A stretch of 55,414 bases of DNA from the NCBI GenBank assembly GCA_963575745.1, contig CAUYUJ010000161.1:62001-117414 (forward strand). The letters run 5' to 3'. A program made the position numbers and the translations under genes. This document shows, in pieces, positions 46,346 through 55,414 of the stretch. The notes beneath the pieces are model-generated. The model was given only the letters and a program-made list of their open reading frames with translations, was not told where the DNA came from and ran no database searches. Source of the DNA: Prorocentrum cordatum (taxonomy: Eukaryota). Position 1 is the stretch's first letter. Each line of letters opens with the position of its first letter.

Positions 46346-47959
46346 AACTTTTGTGGCGCGAACTCTCTCCACTTGGCCACAGGGCGCCCTCTACTCGGCC
46401 CCGTCCAGGTCAATCTGCTTGAGACCCCCTCGTGACCTGCGCGGCACGGGCCCTATCGCCCGCTTCGCGGTCAATCCGGACAGGCGGTCTATCGAGCCCA
46501 CCACTTGCCTCTGCGCCATGGGCGCCATTGCCGTTCCCGCTCCGCCCGCGCCCCGCGGCACCGGCGCAACGCGCATCAGCGAAGGTCGCGATCAGCGCAA
46601 CCACCGCGCGGCGATTCGCGCGCTTTCCCGCGACGTCCGCAGCGCGCCATTTTATTGGCAGCGTCAGCGTTGAATACGTAAAAGTAGGGTCACTTCTTGC
46701 AGCGCTGTCCGAATGGCTGGGCGCCGTGGCGGCATGGTGCGCGCGGCAAGAAATAGGGGCGGTCGAAGTCCCAGCGCAAGCGAAGGCGATAGATTCCGCA
46801 CACGACCAGGAAGCCACGACTGTGAAAAAGGCGTTTTTTTCGCCACGTGCACTGACGCAGCGCAGAAGTTGCGGCCCAGTGCCAACGCGTCTGCGGAGGC
46901 CGGCGGTCGTGCCAGGCGCTCCTCCGCGGTTTAGCGCGCGTCGCGCCAGGGCATTGCGCGCGTCAATTTGGCGCGTTAAGGCCCAGTCAAGCGACCGCCC
47001 CCCCCTTTAAGTTTCGTTCAGTGCGTCGCCCGAGCGTCGCCCGTGCGCCGGCCCTGGTTTGCGTCTCTGTCCCGAATCCCGGCCTCGCAGAGTGCGTTGG
47101 CGACATAGTGCGCGACTTCGGAATTTCTCTCTGGCGATATATAGGTTTCCGACGCCGGTGCACCAGCAGCCATTTTGGCGGTCGCGGCGCTAGTTCGACG
47201 GTCCACCAACGCGTTCTGTTTCCAATTCGGCGCAAGAGGATTTGCTGGTGCGCATTTTCGGGGGCGCCAACCGTTGCTGAGGACGAAGACCCCTCGCGTT
47301 CATTGGGGGCCGCGCGCGTCGCGCCACGGTGGGGGTGACGCCACGTCGCGCGACGCGGCGCCACTTCGCCCCGTCGCATCGCGCCCCGCACCCCTATGTC
47401 GTTTCGCGCCAATCCTCCTGCCCCCCCCCCTCTTCCTTCCTCTTCCCCTCGTCCAACGCGCTGCGCGTTTTGTCCCGTTTGCGAAATTTGCATTCAGCTC
47501 TTCGGGGCAGGCTGCCGTCCTGTCCGCCTCCCTACTCGCCCCCGTTGTCCTTCCACCCTCCTGGAACTTCTTCTCGCCCTCCTCGCTCCCGCCGCCCCCC
47601 TTCGATAGCCTTCCATCGCTCCCGCCGCCGCTGCGCCGCCCCCGCGCGCCCCCTCCTCGCCCGTCCGTTCCCTTTTCCGCCCGCTCACTTCTATCCTCTT
47701 TTTCCCCCCGATGCATCGGCGGGCGAGACGTCGCCAAATTGCCGCAGCGACACCGATGTTCAAATTCTGACGGGGCGCGCTTGACATGGATTAGCCCGTG
47801 CGCGCTGCATCTCCACATCGCCCATTGGTCCCCTCGCGTTCGTTGTTCTCACGTGCGTGTCTCGCTATTTCTACGATTGCCGCGCGCATCCCTTGATTGT
47901 TTCGCAAGCGGGCCGCGCAGTTCACGCGCCGTCAGAAGTCCACGGCGCCCTTCGAGCGA

Positions 47960-48190
47960 TTCGCGCGCGACCTGCGCGCGACGCGCGAACGGCTCGAGCG
48001 ACGCACGCGCGACGCACGCATGACTCGCGCGCGACGCGCGCGCGCGACGCACGCCGACCCGCGCGCGACGCACCCCAGCCAGCGCGCGACGCACGATCGA
48101 CCCGCGCGACGCACGCGCCACGCGCGCGAAGCAAGCGCGACGCGCGCGCGACGCACGCGCGACGCACGCGCGACGCATGCGCGACGCAGT
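47960..48190. repeat. 11-bp-like CG-rich minisatellite (gcgacgcacgc)
   Basis: Direct reading. Confidence 0.8.
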
Positions 48191-48513
48191 CGGGACTTTG
48201 CCCGCTCCTAGCATTTTCCCGAACAGCAATGCGCAACGGCCGCCGGCCCGCCGTGCTTGCGCCGTGCACAGGTGGCGGCGGCTGCATCCTTCCTTGCGCC
48301 AGGATGGGCGGTGATTGCCATTGTTCTTCCCCTTTTCCTTCATCGTCGTCCCTCCTCTGTCGTCATTCCTCCTCCTTCGTCCTCCCTCCTGCCTCGTCTC
48401 CCTCTCTCCTCCCCTTCTCCTCCTCCTTTCTAACGGCCCCCCTCTGTCTATCCCTCCCCCCTCCTCTCCCGTCTTTGTGTTTTTCCCCCCTTGTCACCCC
48501 GTGTCCATCGTCA

Positions 48514-50616
48514 TTTGTTCCCGACCATCCTGTGGTGTTGGGTCCTCGTTTTGAAGAGACGCCGCCCCGCGTTCCTCCTTCCTCCTTCCTCCTCCTCCCC
48601 TTCCTCTCCCCCCCCCCCCCCCCCCCCCCCTCCATTCATTCCATTCACACCCCCTCACACGTTTCGTGGCCCCATAGGGAGCTCCACCGAAGGCCCCAGT
48701 GGCTGCGCCCGCATGCGGTTCCATTCTGGCACACCCCTCACACGTTTCGTGGCCCCATAGGGAGCTCCACCGAAGGCCCCAGTGGCTGCGCCCGCATGCG
48801 GTTCCACCCCCATTCTGGCACACCCCTCACACGTTTCGTGGCCCCATAGGGAGCTCCACCGAAGGCCCAGTGGCTGCGCCCGCATGCGGTTCCACCCCCA
48901 TTCTGGCACACCCCTCACACGCTTCGTGGCCCCATAGGGAGCTCCACCGAAGGCCCAGCGGCTGCGCCCGCATGCGGTTCCACCCCCCATTCTGGCACAC
49001 CCCTCACACGTTTCGTGGCCCCATAGGGAGCTCCACCGAAGGCCCCAGTGGCTGCGCCCGCATGCGGTTCCACCCCCCATTCTGGCACACCCCTCACACG
49101 TTTCGTGGCCCCATAGGGAGCTCCACCGAAGGCCCCAGTGGCTGCGCCCGCATGCGGTTCCACCCCCCATTCTGGCACACCCCTCACACGTTTCGTGGCC
49201 CCATAGGGAGCTCCACCGAAGGCCCCAGTGGCTGCGCCCGCATGCTGGCACACCTCACACTTTCGTGGCCCCATAGGGAGCTCCACCGAAGGTTGCGCCC
49301 GCATGCGGTTCCACCCCCATTCTGGCACACCCCTCACACGTTTCGTGGCCCCATAGGGAGCTCCACCGAAGGCCCCAGTGGCTGCGCCCGCATGCGGTTC
49401 CACCCCCCATTCTGGCACACCCCTCACACGTTTCGTGGCCCCATAGGGAGCTCCACCGAAGGCCCCAGTGGCTGCGCCCGCATGCGGTTCCACCCCCCAT
49501 TCTGGCACACCCCTCACACGTTTCGTGGCCCCATAGGGAGCTCCACCGAAGGCCCCAGTGGCTGCGCCCGCATGCGGTTCCACCCCCCATTCTGGCACAC
49601 CCCTCACACGCTTCGTGGCCCCATAGGGAGCTCCACCGAAGGCCCCAGTGGCTGCGCCCGCATGCGGTTCCACCCCCCATTCTGGCACACCCCTCACACG
49701 TTTCGTGGCCCCATAGGGAGCTCCACCGAACGCTCCAGTGGCTGCGCTCGCATGCGGTTCCACCCCCCATTTCGGCACACCCCTCACACGCTTCGTGGGT
49801 GGCTCCATGGGGAGCTCCACCGAACGCCCCAGTGGCTGCGCTCGCATGTGGTTCCCCCCCCATTTCGGCACACCCCTCACACGGTTCGTGGCCCCATAGA
49901 GAGCTCCACCGAAGGCCCCAGTGGCTGCGCTCGCATGCGGTTCCACCCCCTTTTTCGGCACGCCCTTCACACGTCTCGTGGCCCCATAGGGAGCTCCACC
50001 GAACGCCGCAGTGGCTGCGCTCGCATGCGGTTCCACCCCCCATTTCGGCACACCCCTCACACGTTTCGTGGCTCCATAGGGAGCTCCACCGAAGGCCCCA
50101 GTGGCTGCGCTGGCATGCGGTTCCACACCCCATTCTGGCACACCCCTCGCACGTTTCGTGGCCCCATAGGGGGCTCCACCAAAGGTCCCAGTGGCACTGC
50201 CCGCTTGCGTCCGCCACCACCCAGCACAGCCCTTGTTCCCTGCGCTTCACCCACCCAGAACAGCGCTTCGTAGCCCTATAGGGAGCTCCACCAAAAGGTC
50301 CCAGCGGCACTGCCCGCATGCGTCCGCCACCGCCCTGCGCAGCCCTTGCTCCCTGCCTGCGTTTCACCCACCCAGTGCAGCGTTTCGTGGCCCCATAGGG
50401 AGCTCCACCGAAGGCCCCAGTGGCACCGCTCGCATGCGTCCGCCACCGCGCAGCACAGCCCTTGCTGACCGCGTCTCACCCACCCAGTACAGCGTTTCGT
50501 GGCCCCATAGGGAGCTCCACCGAAGGCCCCAGTGGCACCGCCCGCATGCGTCCGCCACCACCCAGCACAATTGCGGCATTCAGAATTGCATATGGTTGGG
50601 CCCTTCGCCAGGCTAA
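48514..50616 (+). mobile_element. Helentron/HINE-like family A, copy 2, with ~21 units of the 90-bp satellite
   Basis: ttcccgaccatcctgtggtgttgggtcctcgttttgaagagac...(CCT)n...array...aattgcatatggttgggcccttcgccaggctaat. Both ends are reverse complements of the ends of copy 1. Confidence 0.75.
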
Positions 50617-53554
50617 TGTTTTCTCCTTCGGCCCCCCTTGCACGGCCGCGGCGCGTCGCCGCGAGCGGCGCCCCCGCCTTCCGCGAGCGGCCCCGCCGCC
50701 GGCGGTGGAAGAGGAAGATATAAGAGGAGAAAAGGAGGGGGGAAAAGAAAGGGGAGGGGGGGGGGCAGGGGCGCGAGGCGGGCGCGGCGGCAAGGGCGGC
50801 CCGGCAGGGGAAAGCGGGGGGAAGGGCGGAGGACGGAGTGGGCGGGTGCTTCTGTAATGGTCATGTTGGTGATCATGGTCGTGGTCGCGTTCGTCGCCAT
50901 GGTCGCGCTGGCGGCGGTCGTGCCGCTGGTGGTTGGCGGGCTCGCGGTGGTCACGTCGGTGATCGTGTTGGTGTCGGTCGTTGTGGTGATCGCGAGATGC
51001 GTGGTGGTCGTGGTGGTGGCGATGGCGGTAAATGGTGCCGGTCGTAATCGTCGCGGTGGATGTGGTTGCGGTCGCGCATGTTTGTGGTGATCGTGGCGGT
51101 GGTAGTTTTGGCGCTGGCGGCGGTTGCGGCGCCTGTGGCGGCGGCTGCGGGAACCTGCCGGCCCAGCGCCGGGGTGCGTTCAGCAGCGTCGCTGGGTTTG
51201 TAATGTTACAGGGATATGCTGATCTGCCGAGGTGGCCCAGCGGCCGCCTTCTTCTCGCCAAGAGGGCCGCAGCGTGGGCGATTTTCTTTTTTCCGGGGGC
51301 GACCGGCCTTTTCAGCGGTCGTGGAGAGGGCGACGCGCGCGCGGTCCGCCCCGCGGGCGTCCGCCTCGCTGGCGACGCACTCTCCAAACGGCCCCCTTGC
51401 GAGGGCGACGCGCGCGTTCGAGAGGGCGGCTGGCCTTTTCGGCGGCCGACGCACGGGCGGCGCACGGGCGACCAATGCGCGACGCACCTCCTGTCGCGAA
51501 GGGGGGGGGTCAGCGCGCCGGTCGTCTTACTCGGCCTTCGCAATTCGGCGGCCGAGATCGCGAAGCAGCCAGCGCTTGCGGGATTACCGCAATCTGGATG
51601 GCCCAGGCGCGCCCGTCGGCTCGGCGCCGCGCGCGCGGCTCCCGTTCGCGACAGCACCAAAATGACCGATTGGCTCGCCTCCGAGGCGCGGAAATCAGAG
51701 AAACGCGCGGTTGCAGAGCCATCTGTTTTAACCGACACGAAGCATTGGCTTCCGGCCTGGGCGGCCCCCGGCGACGCGCATGGCGCAGACGACGAGCCAG
51801 GGGCGTCGAAAGTAGTCAGGGATCTCGCCCGCGCCCCTGGCGCCGCCCCGGCGAACGGCCCAAAGAAGGGCGCGTTTATCACGAGCTGGGCGATTGCTTG
51901 GCAGCGGCGGCGGCGCGCCGCAGCGGGTCTCTGCCGCGGGGCGCGCAATCGCAGGCGCGGAGCTGCGGCCGCGGCGCTCGGCCAGCCCCCGCCGCGCGCG
52001 ATCGTGCAGCACCAGGAGGCAGTCATGACAGTGGCCAGTCAGGCCCGCGCTCGCGGCCAGCGCGCGGGAGCGCGCGCGCCTCGCAGCATTTCGCGCAGGC
52101 GGGGACAAAGAAACGACGCGTTCATCTGGCGCTCATATACGACGAGGTCGCCCGCAAGAGCTGGGCGGGGAGGGCGATCGCGGGGGTTCAGAGTTCAGGC
52201 TCAACCAGGCGGTGGGGGAAATCGACCGCGCATTGCTGGGCATCGCCGAGACATTTACGACAGCGGCGAAGCTGACGCGGGGCCCGCGGCCAAGGCGGCG
52301 CCGCTTGAGACGGGCTCAAAGGGCGGCGCCAATGGGGCCTGCAAGGGCGGAAGAGCTGCGACGCAGTACTGGAGCAGCCGCCGCTGCAGGGGGGCTTTCT
52401 GGGGCGAGGGCGGCCCTATCAAGGGCGGCTCCAGCTGGGGCAGGGGGGCCGGGCGCTCGCGGCCCCAACGAGGCGAGCAGCGGAAGCCCAAGACACCGCC
52501 GCGCCCCGCGAAGCGCAAGCCTTAGCGTCGGCTTCGCGCGGGTGACACAGAAGAAACGCGCCGAATACCTTGCTCCGGCGCGCTCCGGGGCCGCGCCGCG
52601 CGAGTTCGCTTGCTCACCGCGCGCGCGCGACAGGCCAGCAGCGCGGGCTACCTGCCCGCGCTGCTGGCGAGGAGCGAATATTGCGCGAGGGCGCGACCTC
52701 GAATTCGCCGAACACTCGTCGGCTGCGATCGTACTTTTGCTCTACGGACGTCTTACGTCGGCGTTGCTTCGCGCGTCAGTTCTCACGCAACGCGGCGCGA
52801 TGCAAGGCCCGCTTCCGCGCCGTAACTGCGTGGGCGGTTAAAGGGCCCCCCGTTGGCCGACAGCTCGGCTCGCGCGCCGTCTCACACTGCAGCAGCCACG
52901 GCAGACGCGGCTTGTTCCGAGCGCTCACGTTCGGGGGAGCGCGCGCGACCGATCGGGCTGGAGTGCGCGCGTTCGTCGGGGGACAATGCGCGCCCCCCCT
53001 GCGATTCCATCGCCGCCTAGCGGCCGCGCGCGGCAGCGTTGCCCGCCGCCCCCCGCGGCTCCGTCTGCGTCGCCTGCGCCGCCCCCGCCACCGACGGGGC
53101 GCAGGGGACAGGTGCCGGCACCACTGGCGGCGCCGTCTCAGCATCACAAGCGCGCCGCAGTGGTGGTAGGCTCGCTGAGATTCTCCGCGCGGGCTGCTGG
53201 CGCTCGGGCGTTTCCCTCAATTACATGGGTCGAGAAGAGCTCGAGGGCGACGCCATGCCGGAGGCGCTGCAGGCAGGCCACGCACCTGCGCGCGTGCCAG
53301 GTTAGCTCTCGCGTCAGGGGAGCGCGCGCGCCAGCGGTGGCTGGCTCCGTCGTCCGGTGCGTTCGGGGCTCGCGTGCGCTGCCACCAGGGAGGCGGCGCG
53401 GCTCGCGCCCGCGCCCGCCGCCCCCTTGGGTCGGCCTTCAGCGGGCCGTGTTTCCGCGCGTGCCACCTAAGCGGACCATGTTTCCGTGCGCGCAGCTGCC
53501 GTCGCGCGCAGCTTGCATTGGGTGTCCTGCGTCGTCGGCAGCAGCGTTCGGGTT

Positions 53555-54220
53555 CGCAGCGGGCGTCAGGCCCGTGCGCTGCCCCCTCGCCGCGCGCCGC
53601 GGTGGCGCCCACCACGGTGTGGCTCTGCCCTTGCTGCGGCGCCCGCGAGGGGGCGCGTCGCGCCCATCGTCGGGGCGCGACGCGCCTGGGCGCTCGTCGA
53701 CGCCAGGATTGCGGTAGGCGCACAAGCTCGCTTGTTCGTGGGCACAATCCGCTGGGGGGGCAGCGGGGGGCCGCGCGCGGCCGGCAGGCGACGCGCGCGG
53801 CGCGCGTCTTGCGGCAGGCGTGCGCGCGAAAGGAGGGGGCAGCGCGCGCGCCCTCGTTGCGTCGCTGCGCAGGCGAAGCTCGCAGGTGCGCGCGCGGCCC
53901 GTCGGGGGCGCGGGCGCGCCGCGGCGCGGCGCAGGTGTTCGCAATTGCCGCGGGCGCGCGCAGGCCCGCTGCCCGTTGGGCCCCCCCACCCGCCCACGCC
54001 TGGCCCGTTGCGTCGCGCGTGTTGGGCGCGACGGTGGCGTTGCGTTCAGGGGTGTCAGGCCCGCGCGCCGCCCCCTCGCCGCGCGCCGCGGCGGCGTCCA
54101 CCACGGTAGCAGTGCCGCGCCGCAGCGGGCTCTGCCCCTGCTGCGGCGATCGCGAGGGGGCGCGTCGCACCCATCGTCGGGGCGTGACGCACCTGGGCGC
54201 TCGTCGCCACCAGGATGGCG
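53555..54220. repeat. ~160-bp diverged direct repeat pair (53555-53713; 54045-54220)
   Basis: gtcaggcccg...ccccctcgccgcgcgccgcgg...cgcgagggggcgcgtcgc...ctgggcgctcgtcg...ccaggat is present twice. Confidence 0.8.
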
Positions 54221-54609
54221 CTTGGTCGGCGCGCGACGGTGGTTGAACATTGTCGACGCGCGCGGCCCGCGTGGTCTGATGTGACAGAGTGGCCAAGCAC
54301 AAATGGTTGTCTTCAGATTCCAGCGAGTGCGCGGGCGCAGAATTCAAGTGTTCTTTGCATTGATAACGCTTGCTTTCTTGTAGCTGTTGACTAGCAATGT
54401 GTTGCAAGTGTTGATCAAGCATTGGTGTGTGTGTGTGTGTGTGTGGGGGGATTTTGAGGTTCGCGCGACGGCGCGCGCACGTGCCCCGTGATGCACGGCT
54501 GACACGTGATGTTTAGCAACATATATCTTAGATCAACGCACGTGGACCGCATGGAGCTATATGACAGGGATGGCGGGGGGGGGCGATACCAGCCTGGTAG
54601 GGATCATCT

Positions 54610-55090
54610 GATTTCGTATGTACGGTGAGCGATCGTGCGGAAGCAAACGCCCACTGCGATACCCCAACGGCGGGGCGAAGTGCGGCCTCGGAAACGATCG
54701 AGCTTATCATTCTCGAGGAGATAGAAAGGATCATAGATGTGGTGCAAGCTACAGTGGGGGCGCGCATCAAGAAACCATATGCTTTTCGTCTGGGTGTCCT
54801 GGGTTTCTTCGCTCCGCGCGCTGCGCGGCGACTTCCCGCGTCCGTTGCAGGAGCTGCTGCGTTCAGGGTGCTCTGGGTGTCCCCTCCGGTGCACCTCGCG
54901 CGCGGGTTTTCAAGGTTGGGTTTCTTACGAGGGTTTCTTGCGGCCGCGCTCGCACTGCATGTGAAGTTTGGGCCAGCGCATGGGGCGCTCACGAGCTACA
55001 TGGCGAACGCCCGGCAGACCCAGTCAACGCACGTGGCGCCCACGAGGCAGCATTTGGTCGGTACGCGGCACAACCTCCAAGTTGTTAAAA
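54610..55090 (+). pseudogene. Possible decayed C-terminal region of a LINE ORF2
   Basis: RRLPASVAGAAAFRVLW...ARGF...HGALTSYMAN loosely resembles the region leading into the C-terminal zinc knuckle; the cysteines are lost. Confidence 0.3.
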
Positions 55091-55414
55091 AACAAAAGCA
55101 AGAACGTGTAGTGCAAACCGTTTCGGGGGCACGTGGCGCATGCAGTGGAAACCGCATTCATAGTGTTTGAGTCGTCTTCCCCGCGCCACCAGGGGGATGA
55201 AAATGGTCAGGGTGAGGAGGAGCAAGGGAAGGCAGAGAGGGAGACAGGGGCGCAGGCGGAAGAGGAACAGGATAAAAATGAACATCGCAAAAAAAAAAAA
55301 AACACGCTGATCAGAGTGAGGATGACTTATAAGAGGAAAAGATGACGAGGACGAGGACGAGCAGGCGAAGGATGAGTAGTTGCGGGGGGGAAACGCAAGA
55401 AAATGGCAGGGGAC

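Noticed and set aside
46380..46980. Tyrosine recombinase remnant on the minus strand
   Set aside because: I could not recover the R...HxxR...Y catalytic motifs convincingly.

Overview
GC-rich, repeat-saturated eukaryotic DNA, most likely a dinoflagellate nuclear genome (Prorocentrum-like). The evidence is a 21/22 match to the dinoflagellate spliced leader (SL) at 19608-19629, GC/GA splice donors with AG|G acceptors, and abundant (GAG)n, (GAT)n and (ACAT)n tracts. Most long ORFs in the six-frame track are artefacts of repeats. I can support two host genes, both on the + strand. The first is the 3' part of an equilibrative nucleoside transporter-like gene (~253-781). The second is a hand-assembled 9-exon gene spanning 14728-44700, with only 747 coding nt, encoding a putative plastid/thylakoid-targeted TPM-domain protein. 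The rest is transposon debris: a decayed LINE (ORF1 zinc ribbon, APE endonuclease, RT) that begins with an intact SL, other LINE- and DIRS-like remnants, two families of Helentron/HINE-like elements carrying internal satellites, and more than ten MITE/palindrome families. Several of these MITEs share TCG...CGA ends with apparent 5-bp target-site duplications (TSDs). All calls were made by eye; no database searches were run.
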